Shown here: one piece after another, positions 49,743 through 60,397 of the stretch
How the letters are laid out: the number at the start of each line of letters is the position of its first letter
Numbering within the stretch: the stretch's first letter is position 1
NCBI GenBank assembly: GCA_963718895.1
Contig: CAVRAG010000008.1
Location: 1,024,001-1,088,000, forward strand
Length of the DNA stretch: 64,000 nucleotides
Direction of reading: 5' to 3'
Source of the DNA: an uncultured Nitrososphaerota archaeon
Lineage (GTDB): Archaea > Thermoproteota > Nitrososphaeria > Nitrososphaerales > Gagatemarchaeaceae
The notes under the pieces: model-generated
Database searches by the model: none
Told to the model about the DNA's origin: nothing
What the model saw: only the letters and a program-made list of their open reading frames with translations
Program-made: the position numbers and the translations under genes

Positions 49743-51411
49743 TTGTCGGGGACCGTGCGCAATCGACTGACGGCAGGGGTGGAGAGGGCGCCCCAGAGAG
49801 CTATGCTCAGGGCCATCGGGCTGACGGATGAGGACCTTGAGCGTCCGATAATCGGCATCGCGAACACGTGGGTCGAGGCGCAGCCCTGCAACTACCATCT
49901 GCGCGAGGTCGCCCAGAAGGTGAAGGAGGGAGTACGGGACGCCGGAGGGACGCCCCTGGAGTTCAACACCATAGCGGTCAACGACGCCATAGGCATGGGA
50001 CACGAGGGGATGAAGGCCTCGCTGATCAGCAGAGAGGTGATCGCCGACTCGATCGAGCTCGGCGCAGTCGGGTACCAGTTCGACGCACTCGTGACCATAG
50101 GGGGATGCGACAAGACCCAGCCGGCCTGCGTGATGGCGATGGCCAGGACCAACCTCCCGAGCATCTACCTGTACGGGGGGAGCATCCCACCCGGCGAGTG
50201 GAACGGGAAGCGGGTCACAATCCAGGACGTCTTCGAGGGCGCCGGCGCTGTCTCGAGAGGCACGATGACCGTGCAGCAACTCCACGACCTCGAGTGCAAC
50301 GCCTGTCCGACCTACGGGGCGTGCGGCGGGATGTTCACGGCGAACACGATGTCCTCGGCAATCGAGGCGCTGGGTCTCACGGTGCCCAACTGTGCAGCCC
50401 CCATCGCTCCGAGCGAGCTCCGGATGCAGAAGGCCTACGAGAGCGGCCGGGCGGTGATGAAGATACTCGAGTCGAACACGCGGCCGAGGGACATCCTGAC
50501 CCGCGAGGCGTTCGAGAACGCGGTCGCGGTCGTCGCTGCCATGGGCGGCTCGACCAACGCCGTCCTCCACATGCTCGCCATAGCGTTCGAGGCGGGGGTA
50601 AGGCTCGACATAGATGATATCGAGCGGATGGGCTCGAACGTGCCCGAGCTCGCCGACCTGAAGCCGGCGGGCAAGTACGTCATGTCGGACGTCGATGTCG
50701 TGGGCGGGGTGCCCGTCGTGATGAAGCTCCTCTTGGACGCTGGGCTGATCCACAGTGGCACGAGGACCGTGACCGGAGAGACGCTGCAGGAGCGGCTCGA
50801 GGCAGTCTCCTATCCCGCGGACCAAGACGTCATCCACACGCTGGCCAGCCCGGTGAGGAAGACCGGAGGCTTTGCCATAATGAGGGGGAACCTGGCGCCC
50901 GAAGGGGCGGTGCTCAAGGTCACGGGCGCTTCTAGGAACACCCACCGGGGACCCGCGAAGGTCTTCGACAGGGAGGAGGACGCCTTCCACGCGATCATGG
51001 AGAAGAAGATAGTGCCGGGAGACGTGGTCGTCGTCCGCTACGAGGGACCGAAGGGCGGCCCGGGGATGAGGGAGATGCTCGTGGTCACGGCCGCGATAGT
51101 GGGTCAGGGATTCAAGGACTCGGTCGCGCTCGATCACAGATGGGAGGTTCTCCGGGGCGTCGCACGGGCTCATGATAGGGCACGTCTCTCCGGAGGCGGC
51201 CGTCGGCGGGGCGATCGCCCTGCTGCGTGACGGCGATATCGTGGACGTGGATGTCGAGAAGAGGAGCCTCAGCGTCGAGCTCTCAGAGACTGAGCTGGCG
51301 GCGAGGAGGGCCGAGTGGAAGGCCCCCGTCCCGCGCTACACCCATGGGGTCTTCGCGAAGTACGCTAAGCTCGTGACGTCAGCTTCGAAGGGCGCGGTCT
51401 GCGTGGTCTGA
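49743..51411 (+). CDS. ilvD: Dihydroxy-acid dehydratase (frameshift near 51135)
   Basis: [56 protein letters not shown]. Confidence 0.95.
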
Positions 51412-51498
51412 GACCGGGCTCTGCCCCTCTGGTCCGACGCCCCTCCCGCCAACGTTATCTTCTAGGACGAAAAGCGGACGGTCGAGCGTGATTTTCGG

Positions 51499-54360
51499 GT
51501 GAGCGAGGTCAATGTATTCGAGCTGTTCTCGCCACCCCTAACGAAGGCGCTCCAGGAGAAGGGCTTCCTGGCGCCGACCGACCCACAGATGAAGCTCTCA
51601 CCCCTGGTGATGAGCGGCAGGAACGCCCTCCTAATGTCGCCCACGGGGACCGGGAAGACCGAGGCAGCGTTCCTCCCGATCCTGGACAACATCATCCGCA
51701 ACGGCCTCGCGAGGACAAAGGGGATCAAGCTGCTCTACATCACCCCGCTCAGGGCCCTCAACAGGGACATGCTCGAGAGGATGAAGTGGTGGTGCAAGAG
51801 GTTCGACGTCCGACTGGGTGTCAGACACGGCGACACGACCGCGGCCGAGAGGTCCAGCCAGAGCATGGTCCCGCCTGACATATTGATCACCACGCCCGAG
51901 ACTCTGCAGGCCATGCTCACCGGGAGGAGGATCAGGGATGCCCTCACGTCGCTCAGATGGGTCGTCGTGGACGAGGTCCACGAGCTAGCCGAGGACAAGA
52001 GGGGGAGCCAGCTCTCTATTGCGATGGAGAGGCTGAAGAGGACCGCCGGGAGGCCCTTCCAGATCATCGGGCTCTCGGCGACGGTCGGCTCGCCCGAGAC
52101 GATCGCAAAGTTCCTCGTCGGCCAGGCCGGCGACTGCGACGTCGTGAGAGTGCCCGTTGAGAAGAGCCTGGAACTCACCGTCACAAGCCCGGAGCCCACC
52201 GCCGACGACAAGGTCTTCGCCGAGACCATCTTCACCTTCCCAGAGGTGGCGGCGCGCCTCAGGGTCATCAGGGAGATAGTCGAGAGGTACAGGTCCGTGC
52301 TGATCTTCACCAACACCAGGAGCGAGGCCGAGGCGCTGGCTAACAGGTTCAGGGTCTGGGATTCCAAGCTGCCCATAGGTATCCACCACAGCTCCCTCTC
52401 GCGGGCGACCAGGGAGGCGGTGGAGAGGAGCCTGAGGGAGGGGAACACCCGGGGGGTCATCTGCACGAGCAGCCTCGAGCTCGGCATCGACATCGGCTTC
52501 CTCGACTACGTCATCCAGTACAACTCGCCGAGGCAGGTATCGCGGCTGATACAGAGGGTCGGGAGGAGCGGGCACAAGATAGGGAAGACCTCCAAGGGCC
52601 TGATCATAACCCAGGACTCCGACGACACGCTGGAGGCGATGGTCCTATGCAGGAGGTCGCTTCTGGGGCTGCTGGAGCCGCTTGCCCCCTTCAAGAACGC
52701 GAACGACGCCGCGATTCACCAGATTGCGGGCCTGCTGGTCGAGACGAGCTCCTGGAGGCTCGAGGACATGTACACCCTGATCAGGAGCGCGTACCCCTAC
52801 TCCACGCTGAGCCTGGAGAGCCTGAAGAACATCCTAGCCTACATGAGGGACAGGTACCCCAAGCTGCTCCACTTCGCCGAGGGCGAGAACATCGTCAAGA
52901 GGGCGAGGGACTTCAAGCCCCTCTTCGACTACTACTTCGAGAACCTCTCCATGATCCCCGACGAGAAGCAGTACATCGTCATAGCGGAGGGGGACCGCCC
53001 CGTCGGCGTGCTCGATGAGGCCTTCGTCTCCGAGTACGGCCAGGTCGGGGTCAAGTTCGTGGAGGCGGGAAGGTGCTGGAAGATTCTGGAGATCTACGAG
53101 AACAAGGTGTACGTCGCGCCAGAGGAGGACCCGACGGGGGCCGTGCCCAGCTGGGTCGGGGACGAGATACCCGTCCCCCTGGAGGTCGCGCTCGAGGTCG
53201 GCGCCATACGGAGGGAGTACGCCGAGCAGGTCGCGGGGTCGAACGGCGAGGCCTTCATCGAGCAGCTCTGCACGAGGTACCCGATCGACGCCCACGCCGC
53301 TGCCGTGTCCCTCAAGGAGGTCGTCGAACAGCACTCGATCGGCCTCCCCGTCCCCTCGGACAGGCTCGTCACCATAGAGAGGTGGGACCGGTACGTCATC
53401 GTGCAGGCCTCGTTCGGGCACAGGGTGAACCGGGTCCTCGCGAGGGTCCTCGCCCACGCGATATCCGAGAGGCTCGGCCAGTCGGTCGCGGTCCACCAGG
53501 ACCCGTACCGGATCATACTCGAGGTCGACGCATCCACAGAGCTGGTGCGCACGACGCTCGAGGGGCTCGTCGACAAGGACCTCGCGGAGCTCGCGCGGGT
53601 CGCGGTCGAGCGGTCCGGAATCTTCAAGCGACGCCTCATCCACGTCGGAAAGAAGTGCGGAGCCATTGCCAAGGAGGCCGACTACGCCAGCGTCTCGATC
53701 TCGGGCCTGATGGAGGCCTTGAGGGGGACGCCGGTCTACGAGGAGGCGATCAGCGTCATCTTCCACGACGACTTCGACGTGCAGGCCGCCCGCGACGTGC
53801 TGCTGAAGATCAAGGGTGGGGAAATCGGGGTCCAGGTGATAGAGGCCGAGAGCATCAGTCCTCTGGCCCGAATTGGGGTCGAGGAGGTCAGCAGGAGGGG
53901 CGAGATAGTCTCGCCCGAGAGGCTCAGGGCGATTATCCGGCAGTCGACCGAGGCCCGGGTGATGGACGCCTTCCTTACGGCGGTCTGCACCAACTGCTGG
54001 GAGTACACGGAGCCGAAGCGGATCGGGAGCGTGGAGTTGGGGAGGTGCCCGAAGTGCGGGAGCGACTCGATTGGATTCTCGACCGAGTCCTACGAGTCGA
54101 TCTTCAGTCTCGCCCTGAAAGCGAGGAGCAGGGCAGACCTGCGCGGCAAGACCCTGAGGATGGTAGAGACGCTGAAGAAGTCCACCGAGCTCCGCAGGGA
54201 GTATGGCCTCGACGCGCTCGTCCTCATGGGTGGGAGGGGAATAAGGCTCGCCGACGCCACGGGCCTGCTCGCCCGGAAGAAGAAGGAGGGTGGGGACATC
54301 ATCGACTACGTGATCGAGGGCGAGAGAGAGGCGCTGAAGAGGCGCTACTTCGCTTCCTAG
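51499..54360 (+). CDS. lhr: Lhr-like SF2 helicase
   Basis: PTGTGKT, PLRALNRD, DEVH, SAT, LELGID, QRVGRSGH, C-terminal CTNC...CPKC. Confidence 0.92.
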   Translation: MSEVNVFELFSPPLTKALQEKGFLAPTDPQMKLSPLVMSGRNALLMSPTGTGKTEAAFLPILDNIIRNGLARTKGIKLLYITPLRALNRDMLERMKWWCKRFDVRLGVRHGDTTAAERSSQSMVPPDILITTPETLQAMLTGRRIRDALTSLRWVVVDEVHELAEDKRGSQLSIAMERLKRTAGRPFQIIGLSATVGSPETIAKFLVGQAGDCDVVRVPVEKSLELTVTSPEPTADDKVFAETIFTFPEVAARLRVIREIVERYRSVLIFTNTRSEAEALANRFRVWDSKLPIGIHHSSLSRATREAVERSLREGNTRGVICTSSLELGIDIGFLDYVIQYNSPRQVSRLIQRVGRSGHKIGKTSKGLIITQDSDDTLEAMVLCRRSLLGLLEPLAPFKNANDAAIHQIAGLLVETSSWRLEDMYTLIRSAYPYSTLSLESLKNILAYMRDRYPKLLHFAEGENIVKRARDFKPLFDYYFENLSMIPDEKQYIVIAEGDRPVGVLDEAFVSEYGQVGVKFVEAGRCWKILEIYENKVYVAPEEDPTGAVPSWVGDEIPVPLEVALEVGAIRREYAEQVAGSNGEAFIEQLCTRYPIDAHAAAVSLKEVVEQHSIGLPVPSDRLVTIERWDRYVIVQASFGHRVNRVLARVLAHAISERLGQSVAVHQDPYRIILEVDASTELVRTTLEGLVDKDLAELARVAVERSGIFKRRLIHVGKKCGAIAKEADYASVSISGLMEALRGTPVYEEAISVIFHDDFDVQAARDVLLKIKGGEIGVQVIEAESISPLARIGVEEVSRRGEIVSPERLRAIIRQSTEARVMDAFLTAVCTNCWEYTEPKRIGSVELGRCPKCGSDSIGFSTESYESIFSLALKARSRADLRGKTLRMVETLKKSTELRREYGLDALVLMGGRGIRLADATGLLARKKKEGGDIIDYVIEGEREALKRRYFAS

Positions 54361-54372
54361 TCGGCTGCCTCA

Positions 54373-55287
54373 TCAGCCCGAGAACGAGCGCACCCGGGAC
54401 ATGGCGTCCTCGGCCTCCAGCTCGTACTGCATCGAGGACATCAGAAAGTCGACTCCCCTCTTCGAGTAGAGCGTGCGTATCAGGTCCCTCTCGGTGACCA
54501 GGCCGAACTTGTGCGACGGGAGGTCTTTGACCACCAGTCCGCCCACACCGAAGGTGGTCATCTGGTTCGCGGCCACGCGGACGTCCTCCTCGGCTCCGAT
54601 GGTAATCACGTCGGCAGTCATGAACTCGGAGATGTGCCGCTCGAACCCCGGGGAGCCGCCGCCTCCGTTCATGATCCTGGCAATGTGCCGTATCACGTCC
54701 TTGTTCGTCAGGACGCCGCTCAGCTCGCCCTTCCCCGTCACCACGGGTAGCCGCCTGACCCTCTTCTCGGACATCAGCTTCACCGCGTGGCCAAGCGCCG
54801 CTTCAGGCTCGGCGGTCGTGACATTGGAGTTCATTATCTCCGAGACCTGAACGTTCATCGGGGAGGAGCTCGTCCCCATCAGACTGACCAGGTCCCTTAG
54901 CGTCATTATCCCCTCGACGACCCCGAGCAGGTTGACGACGGGGAGGGCGCCCACGTTGTGGAAGAAGAACTTCTTGATGACCTCCCGCAGGCCATCACCC
55001 GGCTCGACCACGATCGGCTGGACGGTCATCAGGAGCTCGACAGGGATCTGGAGCGAGGCCTTCACGTCCTCGGCCGTCTTGAAGGACGCCATGGTGAGGT
55101 TGAGGGAGTCGATTATGTCCTGGACCGAGATGATTCCGAGTATCTTCCCTGACTCGGCGATCACTGGCAGGTGCCTGAAGTTTCTGTTCTTCATGAGCAT
55201 GGCGGCGTTAAGGACGGTCTCCTTTGTCGAGACGGCCACGGTCTGCCTAGAGAAGAGCCACCAGATGTCGGAGGTCTTTTCGGGCAT
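54373..55287 (-). CDS. Four-CBS-domain protein
   Basis: FRHLPV, VGALPV, VRRLPV, GLVTERD. Confidence 0.9.
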   Translation of the reverse strand: MPEKTSDIWWLFSRQTVAVSTKETVLNAAMLMKNRNFRHLPVIAESGKILGIISVQDIIDSLNLTMASFKTAEDVKASLQIPVELLMTVQPIVVEPGDGLREVIKKFFFHNVGALPVVNLLGVVEGIMTLRDLVSLMGTSSSPMNVQVSEIMNSNVTTAEPEAALGHAVKLMSEKRVRRLPVVTGKGELSGVLTNKDVIRHIARIMNGGGGSPGFERHISEFMTADVITIGAEEDVRVAANQMTTFGVGGLVVKDLPSHKFGLVTERDLIRTLYSKRGVDFLMSSMQYELEAEDAMSRVRSFSG

Positions 55288-55295
55288 CTCGCCAT

Positions 55296-57446
55296 CTACT
55301 CCTCTATCGGCGTCTCCTGGGGCGGCACGTGCATCTCCTTCTTCTCCTCCTTGACCCGGACCACGGTGAACTCGGAGGCCAGCACCATCTGCCTCGTCTC
55401 GTCGGGGAGGGCGAAGATCCTGAAGAACTCCTCGAGCTTTGGCCCAACGATGCGGAGGTCTTCGTCGCCGAGGCGCCGCCTCTCAATCGTGGTTGGCTTC
55501 GTGTACTTGGTCGAGAAGAAGAGCACCAGGACCCTCATCATGAGGGCATCCGGAAGGGTCTTCGAGAGCAGCTGGACGCTGGGATACTCTGCCCGGCCTA
55601 TCTGATCGTAAAGCTCCTTGGCGAGGGTCCCGTCGAGGGTCTGGGAGTGCAGGTACCGGAGGACGTCCTCGCGCTGTGGTATCAGCCCCACCTGTTCTTC
55701 GCCTACCCTTCCCCTGATGTAGATCCTGCCTCCGACCATGCCCGTCCCGATGTAGTTCCTCGCGGGCCTCTTTGAATCGGAGAGGTTCAGCACCATCACG
55801 ACCCCTCCGGCCATGTACTCGCCGAGGTAGTCGTCGGCCGTCTCTCCGACGACGAGGAATGGGCGGTGGTTCTCGTACTCGCGCATCTGTATCGCTGCCC
55901 TGTTCCCGACGGTCCCCCGGACAAAGATGCTGCCGCCCTGGATGGCCTGGCCGGTCACGTCCCGTGAGCTCCCGTGCACCACGATGGAACCACTCTGCAT
56001 CGTGTCAGCGAGGTCGTCCGCGGCGTTGCCATATATCTCGAACGTCGCCCCGTCGTTCAGATTGGCGAGGCAGTTCCCCGGGAAGCCGGTTATCTGTATC
56101 CTGAACGGCTCTTCCCGCCCGTCGGCCTTGGGAGTTATGCCAATCCCGAGGTACCGCTGGCCGGTGCAGTTCTCGATGACGATGCCCGCCTCACCTCTGG
56201 AGTGGGCCTCGCTGATTAGCTCGTTGAGCTCATGGAACCCCTTGCCAGTCGCGTCGATCTTCCCGACCTGGCTCCCCGGAAGAGGGGGTATTTCGGTGGT
56301 CAGGGCTCCCGCCTGGAGGCCCAAGCTCCTCTCCGTCCCCGGCTCGATCATCCCGCGGCGCAGGGACGCTATGAAGAAGGCCCCCGGCTCGGGCGTCCAG
56401 ATCTTTGCGTGCCTTGACCGGTTCCTTATCTGATTCTCCTCGCTCGCGACATAGAAGTAGTCCGCGTCCTCCCCGACGAGCAGCGGCCTGAACTTCGACC
56501 TGTCCGTCAGAGCCACGAGGTAAGTGTCATGCCCGTCCGCGTATCCGGCGACGACGGCGAACGGCCCATCGAGTCTCGCCCCTCGGTACCGGTACAGGAG
56601 GTCCCGTACCGCCGGGGTGATGTTCCTCTCGAACGGGTTGGTGAGGACCCTCGCGGCGTCTCCCATGCTGAGACCATCTATCCTCAGGAGGTGGTCGAGC
56701 AGCCTCGCAATCACCTCGCTGTCTGTGCCGACGTGGCTCTTGATGCCCCAGGAGTTCAGCAGCTCCATGTTCGAGCCGTAGGAGCTGATGTCACCGTTGT
56801 GGACTATGGCTGTGTTCATAGATGCGAACGGATGGGACCAGATGGGGAGCGACCCTGGGGAGTTCGTCGGCTGCCTCGTGTGGGCGAGCCACATATCGGC
56901 GCCTCCCTCCTCCCTGTCGAGCCCCCACATGCCCGCGACCTCGGCCGGGAAGCCCACCTCCTTGTACACGCTGAGATATCTTCCGTACGAGAAGACCCTT
57001 CCCTCGAAACCGTCCCTGAAGAGCGATGTGTTGAGCGAGTCCACCGCCTTCTCGACCGACTCGTCGGGGTCCTGGCCGCGGGGTCTCAGATTCGCTTCCC
57101 AGACCACGAGGTCGGTCCGCCTCTTGTCGACTCTTCTGATCGTCGAACCGTCAACCGGACCGACGCGCTCTTCGAGCACGCCCATGATCCGGTTCGCGAC
57201 GTTCTCGGTCGTCACGAACGCCTGAATCCGATATGGCGCTGACCCCGGTGTCTGAGGCGTCCTGAAGGCGGCGTACCCTGCGCCTAGGTCGCTCCCCCTA
57301 TACTTTATGCAGGATATCCCGTTGATCGCGGCGCTGTTGGGGATCAGTGGCGAGTCGACCTTCCTGAGCATCCCGAAGACGCCGCACCCGTCCTTTACGA
57401 CGGGGTGTCCGAAGCGCCGGTCGAACGCTATGCCGTCGAGGTCCAA
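55296..57446 (-). CDS. Glutamate synthase amidotransferase domain fused to GXGXG domain
   Basis: DGCGVFG (Ntn Cys), AHTRQPTNS, VHNGDI, TDSE, GQRYLG, YLGEYMAGG, IGTGMVGG. Confidence 0.85.
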   Translation of the reverse strand: MDLDGIAFDRRFGHPVVKDGCGVFGMLRKVDSPLIPNSAAINGISCIKYRGSDLGAGYAAFRTPQTPGSAPYRIQAFVTTENVANRIMGVLEERVGPVDGSTIRRVDKRRTDLVVWEANLRPRGQDPDESVEKAVDSLNTSLFRDGFEGRVFSYGRYLSVYKEVGFPAEVAGMWGLDREEGGADMWLAHTRQPTNSPGSLPIWSHPFASMNTAIVHNGDISSYGSNMELLNSWGIKSHVGTDSEVIARLLDHLLRIDGLSMGDAARVLTNPFERNITPAVRDLLYRYRGARLDGPFAVVAGYADGHDTYLVALTDRSKFRPLLVGEDADYFYVASEENQIRNRSRHAKIWTPEPGAFFIASLRRGMIEPGTERSLGLQAGALTTEIPPLPGSQVGKIDATGKGFHELNELISEAHSRGEAGIVIENCTGQRYLGIGITPKADGREEPFRIQITGFPGNCLANLNDGATFEIYGNAADDLADTMQSGSIVVHGSSRDVTGQAIQGGSIFVRGTVGNRAAIQMREYENHRPFLVVGETADDYLGEYMAGGVVMVLNLSDSKRPARNYIGTGMVGGRIYIRGRVGEEQVGLIPQREDVLRYLHSQTLDGTLAKELYDQIGRAEYPSVQLLSKTLPDALMMRVLVLFFSTKYTKPTTIERRRLGDEDLRIVGPKLEEFFRIFALPDETRQMVLASEFTVVRVKEEKKEMHVPPQETPIEE

Positions 57447-57447
57447 C

Positions 57448-59799
57448 TCAAGCAGCTCCTGCCGGTTTCACCCCGAGCTCGATCCGAGATGACGGGTCGA
57501 GGTCGATGGAGCGCAGCAGCTCCCTGTTGCCGGTCAGGGTGGAGTTGATGTTGCTTATCCCCGCCGCCCCGGCGAGCAGCTTGATGTCCTTCTGGGTGGC
57601 CGAGACGAAGTTCTCGAGCCTCTGATAGGCTCTCGAGTCGAGGATCATCTCGCGGTCCCCTTCCTCCACTCCGATCGCGAGCAGAGCGGCCTTTCCCATC
57701 CCGACACAGTCCGCCCCCAACGCCACTATCTTGAAGACGTCGTCGGAGCCGCGGACCCCGTTGCTCTCGGCTATTATGTTCAACCTGCCCCTCATCCCGT
57801 GTTCCTTCAGCTCACGGTCGAGAAGCGAGACTGCAGCCTCTATCTGCATGTCAGAGCCGATCTCGTCCTCGTCAAGTATGATCCCCGAGAAGCCCTCCTC
57901 CGACCTGACGAGCTTGATGATGGAAGCTATGGCCGACCATGAGGTGGGCGACCGCAGGAGGACCTTCACTCCGCTCTTGGCGAGGTCGCTCACCCGTGAT
58001 CTGGTCTGAGGGTCGCCGAGGAACCACTCCAGTCGTACGGCGCGCACGCGGGACTCGATTTCAGATTCGATGTCACTGATCATGCGCTCCCGGTACGGGG
58101 CCAGGGCACCTGCGCGGGCGTCGTCGGTGTCGATGAGCAGCCCCATGCCCGCGGCGACCTTGGCGAAGATCGAGACGACGCTGGGGGGCACCTCTTTCGA
58201 TAGGTGCGTGAAGAAGAACGGGGACGAGAGCCTGAGATCTGTACCCCCTATGTAGGTGGAGATCTCGATCTCTTCCCTGTAGGGGTCGATGCTGGGCCTG
58301 GTCACCTGCGCTCCGTCCGAGACCAGCCAGTCTGAGAGACGGACCGGTTCGTCGATGAAGGGAGGGCTGTTCGTGCCCATGCTGGAGATCTCCGACTCAG
58401 CGGGGAACTTGCCGGTCGTCCCAGCCATGTCCCTGAGGATGCCGATGCGTCCCGGAGGCCAGAGGTACTGCCCTTCGGGCAGGCGGGAGTATCCGTGGAC
58501 GTCCCTCCTCGTCTGGGACGCTGTGGCCTCGAAACCGAGTATCGACGCCGTCTCTTCGTTGAGAGAGCCGTGTGAGAGCAGGTCCCTTCGCCCGACAACA
58601 TCCCGGATGTCGTCCACGCCCATCTGCTCCAGCAGGAGCCTCATCTCGGCGTTCCAGCCATTGATGAGATTGACCATCCACTTGATGGACTGCTGCAGCG
58701 AGAGCGTCCTGGCCTGGTTCGGGGAGATCTTGTTCGTCAGGACAGCCGGGCAGTAGCCGATGTGGCACTTGTGGACCATGAGGCACCCCAGCGCCATCAG
58801 CGTGGCTGTACCGAGGCTGGTGACGTCGGCGCCGAGCGCCATCAGCTTGAGCGAGTCCTCGGGCGTGCTGACCCTTCCGGCCGCTATCACTGTGAAGCCC
58901 TTCCGGAGACCCTCCTTCCGAAGTATCGCGTCCACCGAGGCCGTCGCGAGCTCTATCGGTATCCCCACGTTGTTCTTCACGACGGAGGGGGCCGCGCCGG
59001 TCCCCGCACCCGCACCGTCGATGATGATGCCGGCCGCGCCCATCCTCGCGATGCCCGAAGCGATGTACGGGATGTAGTTCGTCGCGCCCACCTTCACGAA
59101 GATAGGCTTGCCCGTAGCCTCCTTCAGACCCAGGATTCTCTGGCCGAGGTCCTCGATCGAGTAGATGTCGTGATGGGGGGCAGGCGATATGGCGTCCTTC
59201 CCGATCGGAATCCGCCGCGTCTCGGAGATTGGTTCGGTCACTTTGACGCCCGGGAGATGGCCACCTATGCCAGGCTTCGCCCCCTGCCCTATCTTTATCA
59301 CGACCGCCTGGCCCTTCGTGAGGGACGATATCGTGACCCCGAACCTCGCCGAGGCCCACTGGACAGTGATCCGCGAGCAGTCGGCCACCTCCTTCAGCAG
59401 TCCGCCCTCGCCCGTCCCCGCTAGGACTTCCGTGATGTCGGCCGCCTTCGCTATGGCGATGTTGGGTGTCCCCGAGAGCGCGCCGAACGACATGTCCCCG
59501 AGATAGAGCGGAGAGGCGAGCGAGACGGATGACCCGCCGAACAGCGGGACGCTCAAACTCACCTTGCGGGGCGGCGGTACCCCAGGGGTGAACTTGAGGC
59601 GAAGCTTGTCGAGGACCCTCTGGGTGCGCTCGGAATCAGGGATCACAACTTCGGTGGTTGCCAAGCCCGTCGTCGCTAGCTGCCTTATGTGCTGGATCTT
59701 CCACTTCGTCCAGAACTCCCTTGACCTGGATGGCGGGATGGGCAGGTACGTGGTGACCTCTATTTGCCGACCCCTGCTCAGGTTGTTGAGCGTGGACAC
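57448..59799 (-). CDS. Glutamate synthase FMN-binding subunit with a second degenerate FMN-barrel-like domain
   Basis: MSFGALS, TGEGG, KIGQGAKPGIGGHLPG, ISPAPHHDIYSIEDL, CLMVHKCHIGYCP; later QVTRPSIDPYRE and DDVFKIVALGAD repeat barrel motifs. Confidence 0.88.
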   Translation of the reverse strand: MSTLNNLSRGRQIEVTTYLPIPPSRSREFWTKWKIQHIRQLATTGLATTEVVIPDSERTQRVLDKLRLKFTPGVPPPRKVSLSVPLFGGSSVSLASPLYLGDMSFGALSGTPNIAIAKAADITEVLAGTGEGGLLKEVADCSRITVQWASARFGVTISSLTKGQAVVIKIGQGAKPGIGGHLPGVKVTEPISETRRIPIGKDAISPAPHHDIYSIEDLGQRILGLKEATGKPIFVKVGATNYIPYIASGIARMGAAGIIIDGAGAGTGAAPSVVKNNVGIPIELATASVDAILRKEGLRKGFTVIAAGRVSTPEDSLKLMALGADVTSLGTATLMALGCLMVHKCHIGYCPAVLTNKISPNQARTLSLQQSIKWMVNLINGWNAEMRLLLEQMGVDDIRDVVGRRDLLSHGSLNEETASILGFEATASQTRRDVHGYSRLPEGQYLWPPGRIGILRDMAGTTGKFPAESEISSMGTNSPPFIDEPVRLSDWLVSDGAQVTRPSIDPYREEIEISTYIGGTDLRLSSPFFFTHLSKEVPPSVVSIFAKVAAGMGLLIDTDDARAGALAPYRERMISDIESEIESRVRAVRLEWFLGDPQTRSRVSDLAKSGVKVLLRSPTSWSAIASIIKLVRSEEGFSGIILDEDEIGSDMQIEAAVSLLDRELKEHGMRGRLNIIAESNGVRGSDDVFKIVALGADCVGMGKAALLAIGVEEGDREMILDSRAYQRLENFVSATQKDIKLLAGAAGISNINSTLTGNRELLRSIDLDPSSRIELGVKPAGAA

Positions 59800-59842
59800 T
59801 ACTGATGGGTACCGCCGGTCGAATTTAAGATGATAGGTGGGG

Positions 59843-60397
59843 TCACGGGGCAGCCTCGCCTCTTGCCAGTATCAGGGTCATCAGAGACTTCTCGTCGACC
59901 TCGGCCCTGGTCCTCCAGCCAATCCTGAGAAGGCCCTTCTCGTCCTGGTCGAGGTAGCCTCGCTTTATGAACCGCTCAAGGGAGTAGTCCACCCTCCAGC
60001 GTGGGAACTTCTCCCTGAGGAAGGTCTCGAGCTCCTTTCGACCGACCCGTCCCTGCCTGGAGTTGACCATCGCGATCGAAGACGCGAGCACGGCAAGATC
60101 GTCTATGCGGAAACCTGCGCTCTCGGCTTCGCTGAGGGTCGGGCTCTCCCTGAACCGGAGCAGGAACCTCGTGGAGTCGTCCGTCCCCTCGATCCCCGGG
60201 ACCTCGTGCACCTCCATCCCGAGCTGCTTCAGGTCCCCCGAGAGCACCTGGAGGATTGTCTTGTAGTCCTTGCCCAGGTACCTCTTCATCTCCCATCCCT
60301 TCACACCGGGGTTCCTGCCCCGCTGGAGTATCAGGACCTGGAGCGCCTTCCTCATCTTCCTCTCCAGGAGAGCTCTCTCTCCGTCGCCTGTGCTCAT
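59843..60397 (-). CDS. Kite (tandem WH) subunit, Nse3/MAGE-like
   Basis: LKQLGMEV, FIKRGYL, RIGWRTRAEVD resemble MAGE/Nse3 WH-B; operon with kleisin and SMC. Confidence 0.65.
   Translation of the reverse strand: MSTGDGERALLERKMRKALQVLILQRGRNPGVKGWEMKRYLGKDYKTILQVLSGDLKQLGMEVHEVPGIEGTDDSTRFLLRFRESPTLSEAESAGFRIDDLAVLASSIAMVNSRQGRVGRKELETFLREKFPRWRVDYSLERFIKRGYLDQDEKGLLRIGWRTRAEVDEKSLMTLILARGEAAP

Noticed and set aside
48198-51230. 1010-aa ORF suggesting a long N-terminal extension on IlvD
   Set aside because: The first ~515 codons are antisense shadow of ilvC and the LLM gene; ilvD has its own TATA and TTG start at 49743
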